This document shows, one piece after another, positions 1 to 11,677 of a stretch of DNA of 64,000 nt; the stretch's first letter is position 1; every line of letters starts with the position of its first letter. The DNA is taken from positions 16,073,480 to 16,137,479 of the forward strand of contig CM121342.1 of NCBI GenBank assembly GCA_051530055.1, written 5' to 3'. Both the position numbers and the translations under genes were made by a program. The DNA comes from Neoechinorhynchus agilis. Its lineage: Eukaryota; Animalia; Acanthocephala. The notes under the pieces are model-generated. The model was not told the DNA's origin, searched no databases, and saw nothing but the letters and a program-made list of their open reading frames with translations.

Positions 1-199
1 TAACGGACATTCCATACTCGTATGGAAGATTTATTCTTCGGTTAATGAATGTTCTAATGCCTTTGATTGACAATAATTAGGCTTTGCATTTAAAATTGAT
101 TGAACATTTTTATGCGGCTAAAATAAAAAGGGTACACGCATTGATTATTTCGAAACTATGGACATTGAGATTTGTTCAGAAAAAGGTCGAGACTTCCAA

Positions 200-715
200 A
201 AAAGAACTTTGAGTGCAATCGCAGCTTTCTAAACGATCATTACCTTTCGGTTCGCATTAAACACTCGAGTTCTAATAGGATAAATGAATGCGGCTGTTGA
301 TTTTGGAGTGGATTGCGGATTCGGTGCGGTGGGAATTGGCGGATATTGTTTGCAGGAGTGCTTGTAAGGTTGGTCTTTCCTGAGGTTCATTTCAAGTTAT
401 GATATGCGGGAAGATTGGGCAGCATGGAAATAGAGGGATTATGAAACGAATTAGGATTGCAAGTGTTGTGCTCGTATGAAAAGGGGAATAAAATGTGATA
501 AAAATTGTGGTGGTAGGGTTGAAAGGCGTTTTGATTGTTTGTTGAAAATCTTATAGTCATTCGGTGAGCGGGGGAAAATCAACTGTGCAAATTTTAGAGG
601 CTCTTCTATGAAACGTTTCAAAGCGACGGATTTGTGATTTGGACAGGTTGAAAAAGACCAGATAGCGTAGGTGAGGAAGGAGTAAAATAAAGCTGTAATT
701 GGAAAACTTACAAGC
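200..715 (-). mobile_element. 3' fragment of a CR1/L2-like LINE (RT C-terminus and tail)
   Basis: Minus-strand ORF pieces (SQIRRFETFHRRASKI) and nucleotide similarity to 16230-17115; degenerate copy of the tail stem-loop at about 232-262. Confidence 0.6.
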
Positions 716-1017
716 AACCTTTATCGAGGGCTCACTATTTTGTCCCTTTTGGGGTAGAGACGTATGGAGCGCTCGGCAGCTCGGCACTCTCTCTGCTCCA
801 GGATCTCTCGAAGAAATTGAGAGAGGCAACCGGAGACTCAAGAGCAGGCGCATTCCTTCGACAAAATATCTCGCTAGCAGTACAACGGGGCAATGCTGCC
901 AGCGTGATGGCGACGGTCGAGGAAGGACAAAAGCTGGAATTCGGCGGGAGGTGGTGAGTGTGTTAATTGTCGAGAGATGAAGATTGATTGAATACATTTA
1001 TCGTTATTAAAAAAAAA
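716..1017 (+). mobile_element. 3' end of a CRE-like non-LTR retrotransposon (restriction-like endonuclease C-terminus, A-rich tail)
   Basis: Frame reads FVPFGVETYGALG...FLRQNISLAVQRGNAASVMATV, matching the end of ORF 17400-18884; A-run at 1009-1017. Confidence 0.8.
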
Positions 1018-2311
1018 CGCGTACTAGATTGCGCCGAAATATCGGATGTATTAAATTCTTTTAATTTTTTGCGCCATGAACAAACATGAATAGTTCAATC
1101 TTCAAACATATACCCGTAATAAAAATGATGCGATTTATATCCTCGAGGGATTAATGCATGATACGATGGGGCAAATCCAGAGCAACGATGGATGATTGCC
1201 GGAGTGGAGAAGGCGTATCATTACAGAAGTGAATCGGACGGTTGATTGATTTTGATAGTGTTCCTCCTTTTGCTCTTGTTCCTCCTCGTTCAGATGTTTC
1301 TTCGATCGTTTGTTCGGTCGTAGCTTTCTTGGTTGCTACTTCAGCTGGATCGCTTTCGCTTTTCCTATCGTTACCTTTTATCCCAGTCACAATATCATAC
1401 CCTTCCACCGTAATTTTAGAATCATAAAGTACTAGTAATTATCGAAATATTCGCAATCTTTAGAGCACCATTCGTTTCCAAACAAATCTTCCTTTGAGTT
1501 TGGCATACTGATGGCATCTACAAAAATCGCATTCTCTTTCATGGCCGCTTCACTAGTAGATTTCTGCAAACCTTAATCTTGCTTCTTAGAAATTAACTTT
1601 GAAACCTTTTTCTGCCTCTTTGCACCGTTAGATTTATTGTTTTTGCACTTTTTAATTTAGATCAACTGTTCACTTCTAGGAGCTTCCTTTTTGCACTGAA
1701 TAGCATCCGCTAATATATCTTTAGCTGTGCTCATCACTTCAGTCAATGAGCCCTTGCGAGTATTAGTAACTCACTAAAAGCTCTTCTTTAGTGCAACATC
1801 GATAAGAGCCGGGCCCGGTATACTGTTCATTGATTTGATTGTAAGTTTAGATTAGACGACGAGGGAGAGTAGACGACGAAAAATACTCTTTATTACTCAG
1901 AAGGTGATATGAACATCTTCGAACATCAAGAATGAATGCACCTCTTATTTCAGATATCTCCCCGTGTAGTATCCCCGCATAAAGGTGCCAAGAATCCTTC
2001 AACAGATTTCGATAGAGTCGCGGACTATTCGGTTCGGAAAAGGATTTCGTCGCCATGAGAAATTAGTTATACAGCCGGCGGCGGATTGGAACAGCTGTAT
2101 CATTCTGGATAACATCTATCTGGAGGGGGGGAATACCTTTGATGTGGTATTGGAACAGCTGAGTGGAACACATGGATCAAGTCAGTCGTATGACCGCGAT
2201 TTATTGCTTGTCTATGAACGATGCCCTCATTAGTCATTCACTGTTTTTTTCGTCTATACTCTTCAATGACTTATAACCCAAATCGCGGCGCATTATTGCT
2301 GTCACCTCTGA

Positions 2312-3520
2312 ATGGAACAAAAAGTATTACGTTCAGCAACACAGAACACCGAAGATTATTTAGACGATGAATTCAGTTTTGTTATCCGTGGAAAGCGATT
2401 GTTGTCAAACAGGATTGAAAGAAAATTTTGGCATATCTTGAGAGAAAACAGGAGACTTAGGCGTCAAAAGAAGAAGATTGCAAGTCAATTAGTCGTTTGT
2501 AGGGACGTTTGTCGACGAAGCATGAAAGAGGCAACCTTAAAGGAACAGAAAATTTGTCGATTTGAACGTCAAGTTTATGAAATGCAGAAAGACAAATCCG
2601 ATTTACATGAACGAGTAAACGAATGTGACAAACTGAATTTGGATTTTATTAAGAATGTCATATTCTTGAAGGAAAGAATTTCCGTGCTTGAAGCAAAGGT
2701 TCAATTTTTGGACAATGAAAAGCTTGAACGATTATCGATTATAAACGCGTGCGACCGAGAAATTTCAGAACTGACAAACCGCTTACAAGACCTCTCGTGT
2801 GCGAATGCAGAACTGATGGAGGAAATCGCCCGACACCGGAGGAGAAGCGAAGAGAATAAAATTCTGCAAATGCGATTAATTTCACTTGAAAAGAAAATCG
2901 GAGATATTTCTGCTGATTACGAACAATTGCACCAAGTTATTGAACACGCGAAATCGATTGCTGCCAAATATAAGCGTTTTAAAGTTGAATCTGAATTTCG
3001 AATTTCCGAGTTAAAGATTGACATGATGGAGTTAAAATACAGAAATTCTTCTCTGGGAACTAAGCTCAAAGTATTGTATGAAATGAACAGTATGCTTAAA
3101 AGCCAAAAAGTTACAAATGTACGCCAGAATTCGTCTCGTGGAATTGGGATTCAATGTGTTTCTAACGGTCAATCGAAGGTCAAATGCAGTACCCGCGGAC
3201 CTCCTTTAAAGAGAAAACAATTACGAATTTCGGACGCTGCAAGTCGAGACAATAGCACAGCTCGGGCTAAAACGACAAAACGGAAACATAGTCAAACGGA
3301 CGGAACGAATCGAATGAGCAGCAATACGTCAATGGAATGTTCGATAAAGCCACCTCCGATATCACACCGAAAATCTATCTCGTCATGGGCAAACTTTAGC
3401 TCAAATCTTGCATGTAATTCTAACAACCAGCAAAGAAATATGGTTAAGATAGGCAAACAACTTGATAGAATAGCTTGGGAAATCAAGGAAGTAAGCAATA
3501 AGCGAACTACAGGCAGATAA
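2312..3520 (+). CDS. Intronless coiled-coil protein of unknown family (402 aa)
   Basis: Long ATG-initiated ORF, heptad-rich E/K/L central region and basic low-complexity tail. Confidence 0.7.
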   Translation: MEQKVLRSATQNTEDYLDDEFSFVIRGKRLLSNRIERKFWHILRENRRLRRQKKKIASQLVVCRDVCRRSMKEATLKEQKICRFERQVYEMQKDKSDLHERVNECDKLNLDFIKNVIFLKERISVLEAKVQFLDNEKLERLSIINACDREISELTNRLQDLSCANAELMEEIARHRRRSEENKILQMRLISLEKKIGDISADYEQLHQVIEHAKSIAAKYKRFKVESEFRISELKIDMMELKYRNSSLGTKLKVLYEMNSMLKSQKVTNVRQNSSRGIGIQCVSNGQSKVKCSTRGPPLKRKQLRISDAASRDNSTARAKTTKRKHSQTDGTNRMSSNTSMECSIKPPPISHRKSISSWANFSSNLACNSNNQQRNMVKIGKQLDRIAWEIKEVSNKRTTGR

Positions 3521-3722
3521 TTTCAATAAATTGCGTGCATAATCACCAGTTATCTCAATTGTTTCTTGCTTCAAGCACAATCTCATATATTTTAAGAAGC
3601 TAGAATCAAACCTTCGTGTCCGTATGAACTGTTTGCTTCTTGTAAGCCCATTATCATAACACACCGAGATAAAAATGTTCCCTCCTTCGCCCGAAACACA
3701 AAAGACTCATCAGTCGAACTTT

Positions 3723-4403
3723 TTATTCATTCACTTTCCGAAATTGTTCATTTAAACGTTCAATGTGATCTGGATCAATACCAATTTCTTCGTAAAGTTC
3801 CTTCTTTGAGTTTGGATAATGCTCGTGAACAGTATCAACCATCTCCAGAAAAATTTTTCTTCTCTTTTTCAGCTCAGATAATAATTCAATCTTTTTCTTC
3901 TTTGTCACACTTAAAGTCAATTGTTTTCCAGTTTCATTGTCGTTCAACGTTACCATTGAACTCATCCGTTTCTCATAGTCTTCAACAAATAACTTATGTT
4001 CGTCCAACTGCTTCTCGATTTCATCCATTGACATGTGATAGGCGGAATGTTGCTTTTCCTCATTTACAAGTTTCTTATACTTTGCTTGTAAAGAATTGAG
4101 CTCAGCTTTCAACTTGTTAACTTCGTTCTTCAAGGCTTCCAACTCCTCAGGGCTCTTGGTCTTAAATGCAGCCTGATTTATGGAATATACTTTTTGCTTT
4201 CCGTAAACCTTTTCAAGTATACCAGCACTAGGGTCCTCATTGTCTCTTAGTGCCTCTAATGCAGCGATCACTTGATTCTTTTTAAAAACAGGATATTCCT
4301 TGTATTGACCACTAAAGATTCCGATGATTTCAGTGAGTCCTTGAGGACGATTGTTTTTATAGAGAAAGTCATAAACGGCTTTGATGCAATCGTCATTCGA
4401 CAT
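3723..4403 (-). CDS. PSMC3IP: Homologous-pairing protein 2 (HOP2/TBPIP), intronless
   Basis: N-terminal YLxKNNRP winged-helix start, EKVYGKQKVY motif, coiled coil, C-terminal KELYEEIGI. Confidence 0.88.
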   Translation of the reverse strand: MSNDDCIKAVYDFLYKNNRPQGLTEIIGIFSGQYKEYPVFKKNQVIAALEALRDNEDPSAGILEKVYGKQKVYSINQAAFKTKSPEELEALKNEVNKLKAELNSLQAKYKKLVNEEKQHSAYHMSMDEIEKQLDEHKLFVEDYEKRMSSMVTLNDNETGKQLTLSVTKKKKIELLSELKKRRKIFLEMVDTVHEHYPNSKKELYEEIGIDPDHIERLNEQFRKVNE

Positions 4404-4949
4404 CGATTATTTGAAAACGAGCAAAATAGAGAAATCCAAGACTTTTCACTAAAGATGACGGGATGATTTGCTTCGAAATTAATTCTCGTTGCGGTTATAA
4501 ACGATGAAAAGCGTGGCGTGGTCTCTGAGTGGCGCCATATGGAGAATAATAAATCTAAATCGACGATTTAAAGTCTATCCGACGAAATGAAGTTTTTGGA
4601 TTAGTGAGGCGGTTGAGCCTTTTTTGATTTATGGAAGTAGTTGGTTCCATTTAACACCGACAATAAATTCCTTTATCATGCAATATTTCAGTTTATATCA
4701 TCCATTGATAATTTCCATGAGATAAAGGTTTTTCTCACGCGAACGGGTGACAGTTATGGTGTTTTTTAAAAATTTATGAACTTTTTTGATTCAAAAAAAT
4801 ATAAACGTTTTATTTACGGTCTCATGGGTTCGCTTTCGCTGCAACGTTCGTCCTTACGTGCTATGATTTCATTTTCGATCCGTGTTGCAGTCAATGTTAT
4901 TTTTGTCGTGTATTAATCAAGAAAAGTTGATAAAAGACACCTGAAATAA

Positions 4950-5390
4950 ATGAATGTTTGGACTATACTTCTTGTTCCTATGATCGAGTAGTATTCCGTT
5001 GAAAGTTTTCTTATCAAGAGAATACTATTTGCAGGTCGATTTTAAGGCCCAGAATGTAAGAGTACGGGAAAAACGAACAACGATTATGGGAAGCTATAAA
5101 GATCCAAACTGCATCGTGGGTGCGGATTCGAAGAAATCTACGAATAACTCGACAGCTAAGTATAAAATAGCTTAAAATTCTTTGACTGTGACTTTTAAAA
5201 ATTTAGACTATAGGATTGATTTGCTCCGATGGAACTACAAATAAAGCCGCGTGGCGCAGGACCTGATCAAGAAATTGTCGAAGAGACGAATCACTGGCGA
5301 TTCGACGCTGCATCCGTCCTTTCGACCGTTACACCAGGACGGCAGCTACGTAATCCAGAGCGGTGGTGTGAATATCCGTAAATGCTTGTA
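4950..5390 (+). CDS. Possible small spliced gene, product unknown
   Basis: Splice-like signals (TTTGCAG| at 5034, AATTTAG| near 5207) and short open exons; no homolog recognised and frame not resolved. Confidence 0.2.
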
Positions 5391-5896
5391 AAAGTGGAGT
5401 GGCAATATAACATAAATGTAATATAAGCGATTGCTTAAAAATTAGGTTTTAAATTTGCACTTACATTATTAACTCTATTTAAAGCAAAAGCGAAAAAATT
5501 ATCTCTTAATATATATTTCATCTTTCTTGAGAAAGTCATTATTAATTTGTAATGTCTAGCAACTTCTGGCGTTGTTCTGAACTTTGACTAAGATTGTAGC
5601 CGAAAAATGTAATTGTTTTATAGAAGCTATAGACCGTCTCTTCGGTATGCGGTCGCTTTTTAAATTTAAAAAGAAACTCTAAGTGGTTAATTAACACGTA
5701 GACTGTAAAATTTTACATAATTTTTGTGCTTCATTTGAAATGACAATAATTATAGCTTTTATTTGTCACTAACTAATACTTGACGATAATGAAAACAATC
5801 CAACCGACTCGAAGTCAATTCGATCTTGGCGTTGTTGACTTTAAAGTTTATTGGAGTTGTGGTGATCACAATCAAATATAAAAAACATATTTTATT

Positions 5897-5943
5897 GAAT
5901 CGAGAGATATTTCGCGAGGAAGCCTCGCATCATCAGTCATTCA
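5897..5943 (-). ncRNA. Solo minimal type I hammerhead ribozyme (Penelope-type)
   Basis: Minus strand reads CUGAUGA-U-GCGAGG-cuu-CCUCGC-GAAA-UAUC, with bulged stem I (UUGAAU.GA / UC.UCG.AUUCAA). Confidence 0.7.
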
Positions 5944-6588
5944 AAAGGTTTTAGGTATTTTGTATTGTAGGCTCGAGTATAAATTCTTGATCTCATAGTC
6001 ATATCACAAAACGCCTAATTACGAGATGGTCAAAGGTGAAGACTTCATATGCATTTTTGCATTACTTTTCAGCTATCCTCTCGACCGCAAAAAGTCTTCA
6101 ACTTCCTCGCGAGAAGGGCATTGGATATGGTTTCGAAGAAAAAGTTTTAGGCAAAAAACTATGAACTTTCAAACATTACGCGACTACAAAGTTTGCTTTG
6201 ATTTTTAGGTTTCGTATTTAAAACGTAAATGTTCAGTATACATTCCAGATAAACGGATTATCATATAGTTTTTCCGTGTACCGTATTAAATTTTCATATC
6301 GCACGAACAATTCCGCTTTCAATTTCCTTTTGTCATTTCTCCGCTATTATGCGATAGGTCCGCAAAATTGTGTAATTTTCAAGCCGAGTTAGTGCTGTTA
6401 ATTAGGTAAAAACCTTAAATCAGTCGATTTGTTCATAAAATTTTGATTTTAATCTATGAATCTTGGACAATACGAATAACAAGTTTATCGACTGCTAGTG
6501 GTATATTTTGGAATTAGACAAACAAAAACGTTGTTTCTGAGTCATTTGATGGAAAATGGTCATCTATGATACAAAATATTGAGCCAAA

Positions 6589-9500
6589 CTATTTCAAATC
6601 CTGACGGCACCGAGATTCGAACTTGTACCACACTGACGGAGTTTCTCTGAAATACTGCTGCATTTGCCGAAGAAATCGCGAGCGATAAGAAGACGGTTCT
6701 ACTACCGTTGGAAGTTTATCTTCATTGTTTGTTGATTTGCCTACAAGCGCTGAACTTTTTATTATCGTCTCGAGTTTTTTGTCCCAGGTGAAAGTTCGAA
6801 TGTAGTCAATTATGCCCACGACTATAATATGGGATTGACAGTTGATACAGACGAATAGGGAATAATCCATAACAAGATTATCGGACAAAAAACGGGAATC
6901 GCGTTCAAGCGCTTCAAAGAACACTTTATGACTTTCAGCAATTCTGCACACACGTCAACGAAGAGATCGGAGTATAATTAAAATGATTACTTCCAAGAAG
7001 TTTAAGATTTATGATACTGTGCCGTTTAAAGGTTGCACTTCATATTTTCATCATAAAAACGCAAAAAAATTAAAAACTTAAGCCACTACGTCGAGAGGCG
7101 ATGTGCAGAATTGCCCCATGGTATCCAGGAATACTGGATTAGTTTGACTCCATTCAACAAAATCGTCATCAAGTCCAACTGCACCGACCATTTGGTGTAC
7201 TTGGGGCGTTGAAAGCGGTATATAATTTCGTTTTCGTCTTGTACCTTTGAGGTCAAAAGAAATCCAGTCTTGGTCAGCACCAAATGCGATATTTTCAATG
7301 ACCAAAAAGTTCAACTTTCCAGCGTTACCTTTGAGGCCGTTTTTGTACACTACACTGTAGGCACCTAATATTTTGGCTAGGGATGATGGTCTTTTAGGAG
7401 AACTGAGGACATAATCTATGTAAACCGGAGCTAACTCACAAAAAGACTCGCACTCAACGCGAGACATTTCTTTTACACAGAACCGCCGGTCGCTAGTACG
7501 ACAAAAAAACGCCTTGGAGCGTCCACCCTGCGCATTCCAGTCTTCGCAGTGAGATAAAGAATTTATAAAGCACGATGAGCCAAGATGTAAGTGATCTCGA
7601 AGTCGCGAGAAATTTTCGGCGTGGAACATTTTATGCCACAGTGCTCAAAGTTAAATTCAAAAAGGAAAGCAGTAGAAACGAGCTTTCATGTATTCTCGAC
7701 TACCTAACCTCTTAGAAAAATATTTAGACATCACAAAATAACACTTCGGATGCCATAACGTGTAGATCACGATTTCTATTGATTTCTACAATCGAATTGC
7801 TTAACAATTATCAAAACATCTGGTACAAACACCACAAATTTAACCGTTCGATGTATAAGCGTGCCAAGCGTAGATCCTAATGATTTCTCGTCCCATTATC
7901 AATAAGGCTTTGATCACATTAAGTTAACGTGAAAATCAACATTATTTTTAGAAGTACGCGCAAAATGCGGGTATTTTCAGTGTGTTTCGAAACAAATATA
8001 AAAATGATCGATTCGAGTAGAAATCATTACTTGATCGTAGTAAATAAACCTTAGTCACGAGAAACATACGACTTAAAGAAATCTACAGAACAGTTATTGA
8101 TGACAATACCAGCCTTGCAGAAATGAGCACCCTGGCGGCATGGACAATAGAAATTTGTATCATTAATCTTAAACTGATGTTCGAAATGTGGCGTCGTTTT
8201 TGAAGTCTGAGAAATCCAACTGCGATATAAGTCCTGATTGAGGCAATACGCAACGACCGAAGTGAACTCGTTCTCATTGACGCTGATGGTAGCGATATCC
8301 GATTCCATAGATATGGACGTTTCGGTGAAGCGGAACACATAATTTTCAATCGACGTTCGGTGAATCGACGTTACAAGCGATTCGCTCACCACTTTGCTGG
8401 AATACAGATACCATTCAGCTTTTACGTGAGTCTCCCTAGGACATGAGTGCATTAAGAAGAGATCTGAATAAAATAAGAGCTCCAGGAATTTCCCGAACGA
8501 AAGGCACATTGCTTGGCTTGGTAAAAATCTAGTGGGTGTGGATGCCTTGCAATCTCGACAGTACATCCACATTAATCTAACATCACGATCGGAATTCCGC
8601 TTTCTGGACACAAATGTCGGTTGATTTTTCATTTGAAAGACCTGAAGCACAAGCATTGAGTGATTATGAACGATGGTTGCGAATTTAGAGTTTCCGGCCA
8701 CAAGTGTAAACTCTAGTCTGTTAAGAAAATTACCGAGTGATAAATCCGAACACTGGTAGAAGCAATAAGTCTTCATGGATGAACTTTGAATTTCGTTATT
8801 TTTGTTGAACGTGCACATATGAACAGTAATGTCTTGGTGGTATTGATAGGAGTTGAAGTCCTCGACTTTATGAAGTATCTTTTTCCTTTTATTCTTTTTT
8901 GATCTTACGTTGTCTGAGTAGAGACCTGCAAAGGCGTTGAAATATTAAGTTGAGTCGACAATTAATAAAGATCTAATTAATAATGGCTCCCGCCTCGGTA
9001 GTGGAAGGGCACTCAGGGCGCACACTCAAATCGTTGATGGGTGAATGATAAAAAACGAGAGTTTTGATTTCTCGCTAAAGCTGGAAGTTACGTGTGATCG
9101 CCATAATTTTCCTTGGGGCAAAAACCTCAATTTTGAGCCTACACAATAAAACGCTCGACTCAACCCTATAATTCCAATCGTTTTGGGAAGCAACAGGAAA
9201 AAAGTTCGATTCTGTTGTTGGTTGGACGAGAGGCTCGTATGTGGGAAGCTCTGTCAAGAAGGTATCCATTGAGGTAACAAATGAAGAGGCCGATGAAGAT
9301 TTGAATCGATTTGTCAAGACGAATGGGATATGGGGGCGTTCAACATTTGGAGATAGTGATGTGAAGTTTTCTATACGAGACAAATCAGAATCAAATTTGA
9401 CCTCATATCCTTCTAGTGAATAAAGTAACGCCAGTTCGAATCTTGCGTTGAGGAACGCAATACAAAGAAGCCGTAATATTTGTTTTATTTCCTTTAAAAC

Positions 9501-10797
9501 GCTTAAAGTCCATCGATTTCAGTAGTTATAAAGGTGCGCGGGACTAGCTTACATCGAGCCGTGTGAAATACACAAAACTAAATCGATGGCGATGTCATAC
9601 ATTGGCTCCTCTCAGGATGACAAAATCACAAGCACGATTGGGTGTTCCCTCCAGCACGACGATGGATTTTGTTCCTTTGTAGATGAAGAGATGATCACAA
9701 GTACTTCTAGAATGGCCTTCTCCTAAGGCACATGATAACCGTCGGATATTTTGCTGCTTTTGACAAAAAATCAGAGTGCACTTTTTGTTTTTGATCAATC
9801 GATCTCGTTGATCTGAATGAACGAGTCTATCGGTAATCACTACGTCTGCGTTAAGATCATCAACAGGGCAGTATGACACCAGCTGAAGATGATTATTTAG
9901 AGAGTCCACCGAGTATCCCGTAGGTTCCACTTTTTCCATTTTCAATTGCTTACTTAGAGAAATGGAAGGACGTGTAAAATCCGTCTTCATCGATTTATGC
10001 GCGACATTTCCAGTGAACGCAATTGTGGATCGAAAAAACGAACACTCGTTGGGTTTGCCACCTTCCATCAGTTTTATATGCAACGGCACGGCAGTGGAAA
10101 TTTTTCCTTTAATAATGTCTTCACAAACTGCACAGGTTATTGATTTTAAGATTGGGAGCCACATTAAGAGCCCCTTTTGTTCAACAAGGTCAAGAATGAT
10201 TCTACTGAATATGTTTTGATAAGGAACGGTTACATTCACAGGCGAAGTTAACTCAAACGAAGCTGATTTATCGGGAACCGAGTATATTTTGTGCTTTGAT
10301 GGGTCGACATGCAATTTTATGGAATTTGGTGATTCAGTGATGAATTTTAGGTGATCTTTAAATCTAGCAACTTCATCGTACTCGCTTTCAATAGTCTGAG
10401 TCCATTCGGGCCCCGATTCAGGGCTAACCAAATTCTCGATTCTCAAAGGAATATCCGGAAAGCGATTATTGTGGTCGCCAAGAAAATATTCTTTATTCAA
10501 CGAAAACGTCGAATCTTCCTGCATAGAACGAATCAATTTTAAATCCAGCAACTTTTGAGCAACAGCACCTCCGTCAACTGCGCTATCGACATAGTGGTGC
10601 TCCGTAAGCCATTGTACGAGGCATGAGCCGGCAACTCCTTCTGCATTGGATGAGTTTCGGCTGAAATACTTTGAAAGTAAAGAGCGGGAAGCTCGATTTA
10701 TTGAGGGGTGATCCCTGAACAACAATCCGTCGCTAGTGCGGTAGAGATGCAACCAAACCTCGCGGATGTCGATTCTGCTATTATCGTGCTGCTTCAT
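6589..10797 (-). CDS. PIKFYVE: PIKfyve/FAB1 PI3P 5-kinase, about 1085 aa. Predicted exons 10797-9601, 9506-9092, 8925-8144, 7632-7123, 6939-6589
   Basis: DEP domain, CCT-like domain (TGNVAHKSM, ILRG), conserved Cys-rich region (MWMYCRDC, SFGKFLEL), PIPK domain (WNAQGGRSKA, FDLKG, DSRFLS, MDYSL, VGIIDYIRTFTWDKKLE). One GT-AG intron (8926-9091) and three non-canonical junctions; true start may lie slightly upstream. Confidence 0.9.
6940..7122 (-). other. Hairpin-bounded non-canonical intron candidate, PIKfyve (183 nt)
   Basis: Joins NPVFLD to AESHKVFF; perfect 13-bp inverted repeat at 6938-6950 and 7102-7114. Confidence 0.7.
7633..8143 (-). other. Hairpin-bounded non-canonical intron candidate, PIKfyve (511 nt)
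   Basis: Joins DTNFYC to KMFHAENF; ends CC...AT; imperfect inverted repeat at 7633-7647 and 8124-8141. Confidence 0.7.
9507..9600 (-). other. Hairpin-containing intron candidate, PIKfyve (94 nt, GT...CT or TG...AC)
   Basis: Joins ILRGAN to LSVLKEIKQIL; 10-bp inverted repeat at 9510-9519 and 9580-9589. Confidence 0.6.
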
Positions 10798-11005
10798 CGT
10801 TCTGTAATGAACGTTGGGTACGGATACGTAGTATTTGTGGGTATATGCATAGGGTCAAAAGTTAATATCAAACAAAACCAGCAATCTACCGAGAAAAGAG
10901 TAAACGTTTCGAAGTGATCAAAATCACACCAAAATGGCAACATTTGAATGGCAATTTATGAAAAAGCCAAGAAGATAAAAGTAGTTCTTTTAGTACAAAA
11001 GTTCT

Positions 11006-11677
11006 GTTGTAGTGATAAAGAGAATATTTTCGAGCTCTCAGCGTCTTATGGTTTCTTCAGGAATCTACAAAGGAGCGTGGATGTGCGAAGTGTATGGCCA
11101 CATGTTGGGAAAAACACCACTCAGAGTGCCATAGCGACGAAGAAGTAAAACTCTCGAAGCGGGTTAGGTTTGTCGAACGGACATCCCTCGACTGCATATT
11201 CCCATATTAAAGGTTGAGGACCCAAATGTACATGGGCCTCCTAACCTTTCTTTGTATTTTCAACGGCCAACCTTCCTAACCTGATTGGATATTTCTCTAC
11301 CGACCGGACCTGTTATAGACTCCAAAATCAACTGCCAAATTCATTTAAGTTCAGGAGGATCCAAAGGTACATGGGTTCTATTCTTTTGGCTTTAATAAAA
11401 CGTGCTATTATGGTACTTAAGGATCCAGTGGAACTATCACCAAGGCACAATTTCTATCCCGAACTTTTGGAAGGGGATGGCGTTTCCGCAGATAATGTGA
11501 GTTAGAGAGTTTTGGACAACTCGAGAAAACCCATAACTGCTAAAAAAGCAGGACGAACTTTCCTCTTCGATGTCTCCACTTTAAAAGCACACTTCACAAC
11601 TCCACGTTCCTTTGTAGATTCCTGAAGAAGCCATAAGACGGTAAAAGCTCGGAAATAAAGATTTTTATCACTACAAC
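11006..11677. repeat. MITE-like unit: about 88-bp diverged inverted repeats (11006-11093 and 11589-11677)
   Basis: CTTTGTAGATTCCTGAAGAA-containing segment present in both orientations; no target-site duplication found. Confidence 0.55.
11200..11410 (+). mobile_element. Two tandem short LINE 3'-tail relics with a conserved stem-loop
   Basis: GACCCA-AA(T/G)GTACA-TGGG motif at about 11215-11240 and 11355-11380, as in the tail at 17073-17098. Confidence 0.55.

Noticed and set aside
9508-9598. U12-type AT-AC intron in PIKfyve
   Set aside because: An AT..AC register exists, but the donor is ATGACATC rather than ATATCCTT and there is no TCCTTAAC branch site.
9507-9600. Two tiny canonical introns (23 nt and 51 nt) around a 25-nt micro-exon in PIKfyve
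   Set aside because: The micro-exon leaves the wrong phase and produces a stop.
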